From contig NW_027192191.1 of NCBI RefSeq assembly GCF_041956535.1, positions 1,437,443 to 1,501,442 on the forward strand: a stretch of 64,000 nt of DNA. Reading direction: 5' to 3'. Of this stretch, positions 23,234 to 35,176 are shown piece after piece (position 1 is the first letter of the stretch; every line of letters starts with the position of its first letter). Under the pieces are notes generated by a model. The model saw only the letters and a list, made by a program, of their open reading frames with translations. It was not told the origin of the DNA and searched no databases. A program made the translations under genes and the position numbers. The DNA is from Calcarisporiella thermophila CBS 279.70. Its lineage: Eukaryota; Fungi; Calcarisporiellomycota.

Positions 23234-24219
23234 CTATGCGTAGAGGCTATGCCTTTCCACCCTTTGTCTCTTCCACCCGGTCCCCACTGAGACGCCGTCC
23301 CACGCGCCGTCCCACGCGCCATCCCATTCTCCGGCCCCTGCGCTGCTGGGTGCGGACGTCTCCCGCCCGAGCACCCGCTCCTTCAGCATCCCCAGCTCCG
23401 CCTGCATTCCCCTGACCATCTCGACCAGCCCGCGGTTCTCGCGGTGCAGAGACTCGATGGCCAGGCGCAGTGAATCCATCTCCCGGGCCTTTTGCTCCAG
23501 ATCCTTGATGTATCTATCCTTGCGCTGCCGGAAGGCGCGCTGGGCGGCGCGATTCTGGGCGGCCCGGCGGGCATTGGCGGGCTTCTTCGATGGGTGTTGC
23601 GCAGACTGTTCAGGCGTCTGCGGCGAATCAAGGAGCTTGTTGGGGGTGGAGGGGGAGGGCGTGGTTGGCGAGGGCAATGGATCTGCTGTAGGCGGGGTGT
23701 AATCTAGAGTCATGTGCCAGAAGGGGGAGGAAGAAGGAGAGGGAGAGCGGTCAATAAATGAATGTGTCAAAGAGAGAACAGGTTCAAATAAAGAAACGTT
23801 TACAAAGAGACAAAAGAGGAGGAGAAAGCAGAAAAGGAATGGATCAACTATGACCAAGACTCACCAAGAGATATTCTCGGCTCAAATAGTGAGGACCACG
23901 GCGCTTCTCCGTATGAAAACTGGCCTTGAGGTGCGGGGGGTTGGCCCTCCAGGATTCCGTCGAAAGAAGCGCTGACCGGCGTTGGCAACGGGGACTGCCC
24001 CATATACATGTCTGGGAGGTGCATTGGTGTGAGCGGGGTCGCCAACGCCGACGACCAAGGCTGATTTGAGGACCATAGCGGGCAAGGGGAGCTGGAGCTG
24101 GAGCTGGAGCTGGGGGTGGCCGTGGTGGTGTGATTAGGATTAGAACTATTGTTCATCCTGAGAAGCTGCTTCGAAGCTTCGCTGTCTCCTGACGATAGAA
24201 CTGATATTTGGAGAGTCAT
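23234..24219 (-). CDS. Yap/AP-1-like bZIP transcription factor (2 exons)
   Basis: Basic region RRAAQNRAAQRAFRQRKDRYIKDLE plus leucine zipper; GTGAGT...AG intron ~23747-23864 joins ORFs 23848..24219 and 23234..23857. Confidence 0.9.
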
Positions 24220-26447
24220 TTTAAAAATGGAAAAGAGGGAAAAAAAACTATATTTTTAAAGCTAGAGAATATTAGTCTTCCGTAAAGAACAAAAAGAAGA
24301 AAACAGAAAGAGGAAAAAAAAAATCAAACAAAAGCTATAGCAGTTTAGGTACTAGCGCGAAGAAGCGTGTGAAGGAGGAGAGCAAGGTGGGTGAAGGAGA
24401 GGAAAGAGTTAAAGGAGGGCAGCACAAGAAAAAGAAAGTTAATAAAAGGGGGAAAAGGGGGGGAGAGAAAAGAAGAAAAACCGTATTTAAATGATATGTG
24501 TCAACAGCGGAGAAGCCGTGAGCCTGCGAAACACAATCGTGCCCATCGGACTGCACAAGAAACTCTTTCTCTCCAACCGATGGGAAAATATAAATAGAAA
24601 ATAAGATACAATGCGGCCTCACTCATGATAAAGTTAATTTCTGCGGATATTCCGAACCTCCCCCCCCCCCCCTCCTCTCTCCCCTCCCTCTCTCCTGCTC
24701 CACTCTTTGTCCATTTGCCTTGACGTCAGCCGGACTCCCTGTGATTTTGTTCTAGGGTTGTGGATTGTACAGCTGCAAATAGGGGAAAATGCCACCTGCC
24801 TAGTGATCCGAGAAGGCCGGCTTCCGTGAGAACGTAAATGCAAAAAAAAAAAGAATTCTCCCCCATTCTTCCCAGCCAGAGTTGATGGGGAGGAGGAAGC
24901 GACAGGAGTCAGAAGAGTGCAACGTGCAACGTAGTTTTAATTTTCTTCCTTTCCTTTCCTTGGTTTGACTTGGCTTTGCCTTGTCCTCCTGCCGCCTCCC
25001 TCACCCTCTCTCTCTAACCCCTCCCTCCCTCTCTCCTTCCCTCCCCGGGTCCGTGACCATCTTTTGTTGGGTCTTCCCCAAGCACGCATTAACCCATGCT
25101 CTCGATCGGCTGCAGTAGCTTTATTAAACCGTTGGCGAACATGTCGCATTGTTTCTCGCACAGCGCTCTTTTTCCTTATTCTGCTGTATTCTAGTTTATT
25201 TGATCCCTGATCTACAGCCCCCCTCAGCAGCGATCCAGACGGCAGAGGGGGGGGGCGGCATGGCGCGAAAGGGCATAAGCATTGCACCGCTTGTAAGAGC
25301 GCAATAAACCAGTAGTCCAATGGGTGCTCCCAAGAGAGGAAGGTGGCTGTATCCAAAGAGTTTGTGACCCCGTGTAAGCAAACCTTAGAGAGAAAAGGGA
25401 AAGATCAGCCGCTACACATGAGGTTGAGTTGAATGTGTTCAGGGCTCTCATTCTCTCCCCTCCTCCCCTTCCCCCCCCTTCCTTCCCTCTCTTAGGATCG
25501 ACAATTCAATCTTCTTTGGTGCCCTCCCCCAACCTAGGCCCTCCATTGGTGCCTCCTCATCTCCCACGTGAGTTCGTGGAATGGGCCGTGCTACAGCCGC
25601 GGGGTCTGGGCGCTACGAGCACAGGTGCAGCCCGCCTCAGCCTAGCGGTGCACCTGCGATACGGCCGGGAAAAGGCCCCTCTGCCTGAACCTTAGAGTTA
25701 CCGTGCGGATGCTTTTCCGTAGCATTTCTAATCAAGTGTCAGTGTCGTTTCTTGCGTGGAAGCATCGGCGCGCGGAGTCCAGAGGGGGGAACTGAATTCT
25801 TGGAGGAAAAGACGAGGGATCGAGATCCGTTCTCGACCAACTCTGACTGGATCGGCCGTTCCTCTCCTGTCGACCGCCATGGGTGGGTTTCGCTGGTCTC
25901 CCTGCGTTCCCAATTATTAATTTTGTCCAACCTTGTAATTCTACCGCCGTACATTTATTAATCTCGGCTGCTTTTTTTTTAACCCATTCGTCTTGCACTA
26001 CCCGGTTTCCCTGGATTCTAGTTCCTCTTCAGCTCCAGCCTCAACTCTAACCAGCAACCAAAAACTATGAGATCACAAATCAAGGTTCAATAGTGTGGTC
26101 CATGTTTTTTTTTTCCTCTGAGAAATGAGGCGCTCTTCCCCTCACTCCTCCCCCCCCCCAACCTCATCTTTTCCTCAATCCCCTCCCCCCTCCATCCTAT
26201 CAGAAAACCGAACTCCAAGATGCAAGTCACAATTGCGTGACTGTTCAGAGGCTTATCCGTGACTGTCGATTATTTGCGTCATCATACGATCTTTGAGCGA
26301 GGAAGAGTTCGTAAGTGTTCTTTTCGATAGCCTGGGAACTTTCTATAGCGAATTTTGCCGAGCATAATCTCGTATCCCAGTCCATCCGTAGCAAATTTAA
26401 CACAGGCCCGCAGGTGGTATATAAATGGTGCTATGGCAGTCAATTCC

Positions 26448-29400
26448 ATGCTCTCCTCGGCTTGTGTCTTCTTAGTTCCCAAGCGGACCATTCCCATTCC
26501 AAGTCAATCGTCGATCCGAATCGCTCGTTTACCACAAACACAGCTCCGATCCCCGGCGAACTATGGCTGGCTTCGATGCTCGAGCATCAGTGCACGTTAT
26601 TACACATCACCGGGGCGTGCGCCGATTCATCGGGATCGGAGATGGCTCTCAACGAGAAACTCGAATGAGCTCGGCCCACACGAAAAGGGGCACAATTCGA
26701 TAGAAGCCCTCGGAAGGAGACGGTCTCCATCGAATGGAGCACCCGCAAGCAGCGGGGCGAATAATTCAGGGGAGGGGGAAGGGACCGGCGGCGATGATCA
26801 TGGTCATGGACGCGATCCCAAGGACGGAAGCGAAGGAGGAAGTGGCAGCAACGGGGAAGGAGGGGCTCAGAGCGGAAGCGGCGGATCAGGTGGTGGCGAG
26901 AGCGGTAGCGGGGGAGGAGGTTCACCATTCGACGGAATGCCCCGCACTTTGAACGTGTTAGAGAACTCCCTCCAAAAGCCCTCTATACCCGACAATTACC
27001 CCCAAGTCCTAGCCCTCCCTATCACACGTCGCCCCCTCTTCCCAGGCTTTTACAAGGCTGTTGTTGTGAAGAACCCACAGGTCACCGCTGCCATTAAGGA
27101 GCTGGTAAAGCGGGGACAGCCGTATGTGGGAGCTTTCTTGTTGAAGGACGAGGAACAAGACGTCGATATTGTGAGCGCTGAGGACCAAGTGTATAAGGTG
27201 GGCGTCTTTGCGCAGATCACAAACGTGTTCCCGGCAGGGAACGCAGACGACCAGTCTTTGACCGCTGTATTATATCCACATCGCCGGATCCGGATGTCCG
27301 AGCTTATCACTCCAGGGGCGAGCGAGGATGGCGCGCCCAAGCCAGCTCAGGCCAAGATAGAAGAGCTGCCAGAGGAACCTGCAGTGGCTGGTGGTGAAGG
27401 TGAGTCCGCCTATCCATACCCGTCAACTTAAAAGTATGTTTTTTTTTTCCCTCCCTTAATTAATAACTCTATATAGAAACAGCTATCGAAAAATCGCAAG
27501 AGCAATCACCCCAGCAGCAACAGCAGCAGCAGGCTCAATATGCTACCACATTCCTCCGTAACTATGCGGTATCGCTTGCAAACGTGGAGAATCTTGCGGA
27601 TGAGCCTCACAGCAAACGCAACCGGCTTGTACGCGCCGTCACCTCGGAAATTGTGGCCGTCTTCAAGGACATTGCCGCACTGAACCCGCTCTTCCGGGAC
27701 CAGATTGCGAACTTTTCGATGTCGCACGCTGCAAGCAACATCTTCGAGGAGCCGGCTAAGCTCGCCGATTTTGCTGCCGCCGTTTCCGCGGGCGAGCCAC
27801 GCGAGCTGCAAGAGGTGCTTGAGAGTCTGGTGATTGAGGAGCGGTTGCAGAAGGCGCTTCTGGTGCTGAAGAAAGAGCTGCTCAATGCTCAACTACAGAA
27901 CAAGATTAGCAAGGATGTGGAGAGTAAAATTGCCAAGCGGCAGCGAGAGTACTATCTAATGGAGCAGCTGAAGGGGATCAAGCGTGAGCTGGGGATCGAG
28001 ACGGACGGGAAGGAGAAGCTGGTCGAAAGCTTCAAGGAGAAGGCGGAGAAGCTTGCTATGCCCGAGCAAGTGAAGAAGGTGTTCGAGGAGGAGGTCAACA
28101 AGCTCGCGCACCTGGAGCCCGTTGCTTCGGAGTTCAATGTCACGCGTAATTACCTGGACTGGTTGACCCAGATCCCGTGGGGTCGGCGCTCGATGGAGAA
28201 CTACAATATCCAGCATGCCGTTTCGGTGCTGAACGAAGACCACCACGGTCTACAAGACGTGAAGGATCGGATATTGGAATTCATTGCCGTAGGGAAGCTG
28301 CGAGGAACGGTGGAGGGGAAGATTTTGTGCTTGGTTGGGCCTCCTGGTGTCGGAAAGGTAAATTAGGAGAAGAGAATTTTAGGCGAGAATATGTCTTACT
28401 AAATCAACCATTATTGCGTTTCCTTCCCCCTCCCTCTCCCTCCCCCCCCTTTTTTTTGGGCATAGACTTCTATTGGCAAATCTATTGCTCGTGCCCTCAA
28501 CCGTGAATTCTATCGCTTTAGTGTTGGCGGTCTTACAGATGTGGCTGAAATTAAGGGCCACCGTCGCACCTACGTCGGTGCAATGCCTGGGAAGGTGATC
28601 CAGGCGTTGAAGAAGGTGCAAACGGAGAATCCACTGGTGCTTATTGACGAAGGTACATTCCTCTATCTGCGGTATTGTTTTTTTTTTCATACTCACCTCC
28701 CTCTGGCTTTCTCCCTCTTGCTTAGTTGACAAAATCGGTCGTGGCCACCAAGGTGATCCCTCGTCTGCTTTGCTAGAGTTGTTGGACCCCGAGCAGAATT
28801 CCTCGTTCCTTGACCATTACATGGATGTTCCCGTTGATCTTTCCAAGGTGCTCTTCGTTTGCACTGCAAATGTCCTCGACACAATACCGGGCCCATTGCT
28901 CGACCGTATGGAAGTCATCCAACTCTCTGGATACGTTGCTGAGGAGAAACTTGCCATCGCGTCGCAGTATCTCGCGCCCCAGGCCAAGGCGGCGGCCGGA
29001 TTGGAGCACGCCCACGTGGAGCTACATTCGGATGCCATGGAGGCTCTCATCAAGAACTACTGCCGAGAGAGCGGGGTCAGAAACCTGAAGAAGCACATCG
29101 ATAAGGTTTATCGGAAGGCCGCCTTGAAAATCGTGCGGGACATTGCGGGGGAGGAACGGCTTCCGTCCCAAGAGCTGGATAGTCCTGAGGTGAAGGACCG
29201 GAGTCGCGTTCACGACCCTGTCTCCGCCCAGCATGACCGAGAAAAGGTGAGCATAGGGGATTCGGCCGGTGAATCCGCCAAGAGCGAAGAGAAGAAAATC
29301 ACCATGAGCGAACGCAGCCCTCTAGCCGTTCCGCCCGATGTGCAAGTCGATATCACGGCGCAGAACCTGCAGGAGTACGTGGGGGCGCCCATCTTCCACT

Positions 29401-30083
29401 CCGACCGCCTCTACGATCGCACTCCCCCGGGGGTTGTGATGGGGCTGGCCTGGACTTCGATGGGAGGCTCGTCGCTCTACGTGGAGTCGGTGCTGGAGGC
29501 CGCGCTCCGCTCGCAAAACTCTCACCCGATGATTTCCAAAACGGGCCAGATGGGCGACGTGATGAAGGAATCTACCAGCATCGCGTACACCTTTGCCAAG
29601 GCATTTGTTGCGCGGCGGTGGCCCTCGAACCGATTCTTTGAGCACGCCTCCATCCACCTGCATGTCCCCGAGGGGGCAACGCCCAAGGACGGGCCGTCGG
29701 CCGGCATTACCATGGCCACCTCGCTGCTCTCGCTCGCGCTGGACCGCCCCGTGAACCCAGACGTGGCGATGACGGGCGAGCTGACGTTGACGGGCAAGGT
29801 GTTGAGGATCGGGGGGCTTCGCGAGAAGGTGGTGGCGGCGAAACGGTCCGGGGTGAAGAAGGTCATCTTCCCCAAGGCCAACATCTCGGACTGGGAGGAG
29901 CTGCCCGACTACGTGAAAGAGGGGGTGGAGGGGGTTCCGGTGGAGTGGTATAACGAGGTGTTTGGGGAGTGTTTTGGCGAGGTGGACGGGGATGCTGTGG
30001 GCAAGGAGGTGTGGGGCCCGTATTTCGACCGAGTTTTAGACAAGAAGGCGGACGTTGACCAGGACGAGGGCATTGTGGCGTGA
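26448..30083 (+). CDS. PIM1: Mitochondrial Lon protease
   Basis: Arg/Ser-rich presequence, Lon N domain ([10 protein letters not shown]), Walker A GPPGVGKT, Walker B VLIDEVDK, catalytic PKDGPSAG Ser and GGLREK Lys; 3 introns. Start may be 26433 or 26448. Confidence 0.97.
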
Positions 30084-31084
30084 TAAACCTTTTAGAGCTC
30101 TTTTTATTTTTTTATTCTCTATTTCATCCTATTTTATCGTTGGCCATCTTTGGTTTCCTAGAGGGTGGAGAGGGAGGGGAAGAGAATAAAAGCAACCATC
30201 TGTATCTTCCATGCTCCATTCGGGCTGAGTGTGTAAATAAAGCATCTTGTTTGCTACGGCCCATGCAACTGCAAATGCCAAACACGTATTCACGCAAGGA
30301 GAGGTGCGTCAAGCATGGGGGGAGGATGCCGATAGAGCCGCGTGCGCCGTGCACCACGGGCTGAGGGGGACGCGCGGCGCTATTTCAAGCAGCTTAATTG
30401 ACGGCCGGCGGGACAAGGGCACAGGGGGGAGGATACATCGGTGTGCGAAAGCCAATTAAGTTTGTTGCACCGAAGGTTTCTTTAGGTCAATGCGGGACAA
30501 GAACAAGTTTAATTAATGTTTTGCTTTCTAAGTAAGGTTGCCGTTAATTCGCTCACTGCACACGCGTTTTCAGGGCCAGTTTTTTTTTGTTGTTGTTGGT
30601 GTTGTAACCACCTCTTTCTGCTCTGGTTCATTTCGCTTTCTTCGCCTCCATTCCTTTAGCTCCATTCCTCGGTTCCTGGCTGCTCCCGCCCCTCATCCGC
30701 TATCTGAAAAGGAGCCGGGTTTAAAGCTTTCTTCAAGCTAGACCGTTAAGGATCGGGTCTCCTGTTAAAAGCTGAATCATAACATTACCTTTTATTTTTT
30801 ACCATTAATCCAACTTCTCGAAAAATTTTTTTCTCCCTGTTCCTTCTTGTTCTCTCCACTGACCGACTGCACCCATTCACTTCTCTCATTCACTTCTCTC
30901 CTGCTTACTGCTAGAATCATTTCTGATTGATTTAGGCTCGTCCTGTTTTAATTCCATTTCATTAGTTTGCCACCGCATTCATATTCCCTTCAATTCAACA
31001 CTAGTTAGGATTTTGATTTTGATTTCCTTTATTGTAATCTACACCCATCCCACCATTCTTGTTTGCTTCCTGCGAATTAACACA

Positions 31085-32439
31085 ATGACGAAGCGAACAC
31101 ACCTGCCCGTAACTCCAATTGTCCAGGCGGTAATCATAGTTTTGGCCGAGGCCGGAGAACCGCTCCCGCTCTCCTTCATTGTCGGTAAGTCTATTGACCA
31201 CTCCCATTGCTTCGCCTGTGTCTTTTCTAAACCGCATATCTGTGTGTTCTTCTATATTGAAAGACAAGATCAAGACAAAAGCTCTCCATGATTTAAAGTA
31301 AGTCAAGAATTCATTCCCTAAATTACCCAATCATGCATATTGGAATGAACTCATCCTGAATGATTTCTCCATTTTCTAGAGGACAAACCCCCAAGAACAC
31401 TGTGAGCGGCGAGATTAGCAAATACCTTGCCAGTTTCAAAAATAGGAATGCCGCGCCCCTCATTCGGTATGGCCAAGGGCGGAACACACGTTTCGGACTG
31501 CGCACAAAAGTTGCCGCCGCCTTGTTAAAGAACATGCAGGATAGGCAAGCGTCACTTAAGCGAGCCGCTCGAAGATGTCCTCAAGATAGGCAAGACATCG
31601 AGCCAGTGCCTTGCGTGGAAAATCAACAGGAAATAGAAGCTGAAATAGAATCGAGCAGGGATGGTGGCAAATGGACGAGGGACGACTCCAGCTCGCCCGC
31701 CTCTTCGCCCCCGCGGACGTCTGACTTTGAGGAGGCGGTTTACAACAGCACTGTCACCACTTCCAGCCCTCCGGCTCGGACCCCCTCACCTTGCAGCCAG
31801 CTGTCCTCAGACCGCTCCTCGTATTCCCCTGGTTGTTCCTCTCCAGGCCCGGAGCACTTCTCCGCTATTTCCTCGTCATGCGAGGAGAGCGAGGGAGAAG
31901 AGGAGGCTGAGTACAGCACGAAGCAAGGCGAGATCGCCTTATCCAGCGAAGATAGATTGATCGAGTACGGAAACGCCCTGATGCGAACAAACCCCCTCTG
32001 CGCTCTTCTCTTGGCCGCGGAGTCATCGGCCTGCCCCTTTCTCAGCTATGCTAAGCTCGAGCAACACCACGCATCATTATTGCTCACCGACTCCCTCTTT
32101 ACTCCTGTACTCCCCTTTGCCCACCGTGACTCCTCATATTCTTCAGAAGCGCTACCTCCACTCTCATACCCGTCGGCTGCATCGTATCCCATGGATTGGG
32201 ATGCGAGTGGAGACCACCTTTATTCCAGGGGAGCCACCAGCCGCAGTTTGTCATGTGATGCTTCTGCTGGGGTGCGTCCCCCACTTTCCCAGCCGATGGC
32301 TGCGACGCTCTCCTCCCCCCCAAGCCATGTTCGAAGCAGTTTGCACCTGCATCAGCATCAAGCGCCCACACAAGTTGACACTCTGCGGTCCAAGAGAGCC
32401 GTGTCCCTTGCCAGTGCAACCGCGTTCACAACCGACTGA
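31085..32439 (+). CDS. HARE-HTH (ASXL/Gds1-like winged helix) protein with Ser-rich disordered tail
   Basis: Splicing two short introns gives IVQAVIIVLAEAGEPLPLSFIVDKIKTKALHDLKGQTPKNTVSGEISKYL, matching the HARE-HTH pattern A..VL...G.PL....I...I....L....G.TP..T. Confidence 0.72.
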
Positions 32440-33318
32440 GGGGCCATCGACATATCCGCGTCTATTTTGTTTTAACTCATAATTTGGTATATATATGTGT
32501 GTTTTTTTAATCAGTAGTGTCTCCTTTATACTCTTGATTAGCTATTATCTCTCTTTTTTAATTAATTCTATGTTTTGCTTTGACCACCCTTCCTCCCTTC
32601 CCTCTCCTCCCCCACACTGTTATATGGATGAGTTTTTTGATGCGCGCTAGATGAGATTAGATGACGGAAGAGAGCGGAAGTGTGTGGGGGGATTCCAAGC
32701 ATGTACTATAATGGCATTTTCATCCTCCATCATTTTTCTCCCATTTATCTTCACTTTCTCTTGGCCAGCCCGTTATAGTAATAAATAAATGACTCCCACC
32801 CACCCGGCCTGCTACTTTCTTCTACGAGACCAACATGACTGCTCACTTTTTAAAACCCGGTAGGTCACAAAAAGGCACCCGCATCGTTTGATTTGTGATG
32901 TGTCTGGGAAAATACGCATTGGTAGAGCATCCACCGCACATTGATTGCCACCACCCTGCGGCGCAGCATGTTTGTGCTGTTTATGTTGGCTCAGCTTCGT
33001 TCGGGCCGTCTTCTGCTCCATTGAGGCCATCATTTATTTACATTCATTTCTGCGCTCGCCGCATCCCCTCTCCTCTCCACCAGAGACATCTATTTCAATT
33101 CCGAGCTCGGTTTGCTCTTCCAAACTTTCTCTGGCTCTGGTGCCTCAAGCTTAGACTTGCTTTATTTATTTTCACCCGCACTTTTCAACCCTCTACTTAG
33201 TTGCCACCGCTTGCCAATCCGCTTGGATAGCCCCCACCCAAGTCATCATTTCTAGCTTGTTTCCTCCAATTGACGCTCACCCTGCAAGCAAAGCCCGACG
33301 AACAACATCAGCATAAGG

Positions 33319-33999
33319 ATGATGATGTTCCTTACCACCTCCACCTGGAACCGCCAACATCGTCTTTCCGCGGTAAGGGAAGACCGCGACCCGCAGTCTC
33401 GCCATCGTTCCTTGGATGAGGAGGCCCATTCTGCCGCAGCTGTGATGGCCCGCTGGGCGAGCTTATACCATCGCCGCCCCCCACGTCCGCGTCCTCGGTT
33501 GCCTGCAACCCCGGAGAGTACCAATGATGTGAAGGAAAATGATGAAAAGGAAGAGGAAGAGGAAGAAGAGGAGGAGGAGAAGTTCAGAGAGTGGACTCCT
33601 CTCAGCTTTGCATCTGAATGGAGTGATGACCCCACCGCCCGCATCTCTCCGCCATATACACCCTCCCAATCCTCGGCCTCATCCAACTCCTACGGTTTCC
33701 CATCCTCTCCCTCTGCAGCTGCCGCCGCTGGTTCGGCATCTTCCTCCTCCTCCGCCTCTTCCTCTTCCTCCTCCTCCTCCTCCTCCTCTACCCCAACGAC
33801 CGGCCAAAGACGGAGGCGCGGTACCCGTGTCATGCCCGTCTGCAAAGTATGTGGTGCCACCTTCAACAGAGTTTATGATTTGCATAGACATATGCGACGG
33901 CATATGGGCGATGGCGGCGTGCGGTGTGAGGTATGTGGGAAGCAATTTACGAGACGGGATGCACTGTTACGGCACTTGCGTAGAAAACTTCACGGTTAG
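33319..33999 (+). CDS. C2H2 zinc-finger transcription factor (two C-terminal fingers)
   Basis: CKVCGATFNRVYDLHRHMRRH and CEVCGKQFTRRDALLRHLRRKLH; poly-E and poly-S tracts. Confidence 0.85.
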   Translation: MMMFLTTSTWNRQHRLSAVREDRDPQSRHRSLDEEAHSAAAVMARWASLYHRRPPRPRPRLPATPESTNDVKENDEKEEEEEEEEEEKFREWTPLSFASEWSDDPTARISPPYTPSQSSASSNSYGFPSSPSAAAAAGSASSSSSASSSSSSSSSSSTPTTGQRRRRGTRVMPVCKVCGATFNRVYDLHRHMRRHMGDGGVRCEVCGKQFTRRDALLRHLRRKLHG

Positions 34000-34302
34000 A
34001 ATAGAAAGATAGAGCTATTTATTTTTTTTTTAATTGTCTTGCTGTATTCGGCCTCTTAGTTACGGTACCATCTAAAAATTTTTGTGTGTATTTCTCACTT
34101 TTATTTTTATTCTTATTTTTGTTGTTTCTTTCTTTTTTTTTTTCCTTATCTATTGTACATACTAAAACAATGGGGGGCGACTCTTCTTATAGATCCATAA
34201 TATACAGGAAATTTATGGTTTACTTCCCTGATTATTTTAAACAAATAGTACACAACACATAGATAATACAAGGAAATTCACGGGGAAAAATTAGGCCCTG
34301 TT

Positions 34303-35032
34303 TTATCGTGCCTCTTCTAGTTTCTGGACTTCCTCTAGCTCGTTTGTCAGCGCTTTTACCTGATCAACGACAAAGGCGAAGCTGTCACTCAATGGGGTCA
34401 CTACAGCAAAAGCGAAAAAAGGGTTGTAGGCCGGGTTATTGAACTACTAAAGTAGAGGCGAGAGAGAGCCAGACTACCCTACCATTGTGTTCGTTAGCGA
34501 TAGTCTCTAGATACCCCAATCGCTCTTTTAGTTTTTTCATCCTCTCATGCTGCTTGCAGGTTTTCCGCATCTCCATTTTGAGTCTATAGTTAAAGGCCTT
34601 GGCGGCAATAATACGCCGGCGATAAAGATCAAGCTCCTCGTCGAGTGCATTTTCTTCTTCTTCCCGCACCTGATAGTCAAGGCCCTAATAATGAAGAGAC
34701 GCGAGGTGGATGAGGAACTATTATGAAGAGCATGTAAATAATCCAAATCGCACCTGCTGGTGCTTTAAAAGCGTCCCCTCTGGCACGGAGAAAACATTTT
34801 TCAGCACATATAATTCAAATAGATCGAAATTCTTATCCACGTTGGCCTCGAGGAGCGTTTCTGCCAGGTGCATTCCGGCATCATCTGGCTTGCCTGTCAT
34901 GTTTTCAACGAACTCAGCCAAATTCTCCGTGGCCTTGTAGACGATGCTGTTGACAGCATTGATAACTTCATCTACGAATGTGAGCGGGAGAAAATTAAGG
35001 TGTTCGGTGATAAGCTCATTGGTGTCTGTCAT
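34303..35032 (-). CDS. MIS12: Kinetochore protein Mis12/Mtw1 (3 exons)
   Basis: LITEHLNFLPLTFVDEVINAVN...ETLLEANVDKNFDLFELYVLKNVF is the Mis12 domain; coiled-coil C-terminus; TAA at 34303. Confidence 0.92.
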
Positions 35033-35051
35033 GGGATTCTGATTTATTGTG

Positions 35052-35076
35052 TTAAACGCGGTATTAATTAAACGCG
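35052..35076. promoter_or_regulatory. Paired MCB-like (ACGCG) cell-cycle elements in the MIS12/ATXN10 divergent promoter
   Basis: TTAAACGCG repeated at 35052-60 and 35068-76, immediately upstream of the MIS12 ATG. Confidence 0.45.
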
Positions 35077-35176
35077 ACCAGCATTAGAAGATGGTTGCTG
35101 CGGACTGGCAGTCACATTTTACATAAATCTATTTTGCGCTACCTTAATAAAATGAAAAGAGGGGACCTCTTCGACC

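Noticed and set aside
23295-23332. 12-nt tandem repeat encoding WDGA in the bZIP tail (also the SSSAPPL duplication at ~17445 and poly-S/E tracts)
   Set aside because: Simple coding slippage repeats without spacers; not CRISPR or mobile elements.
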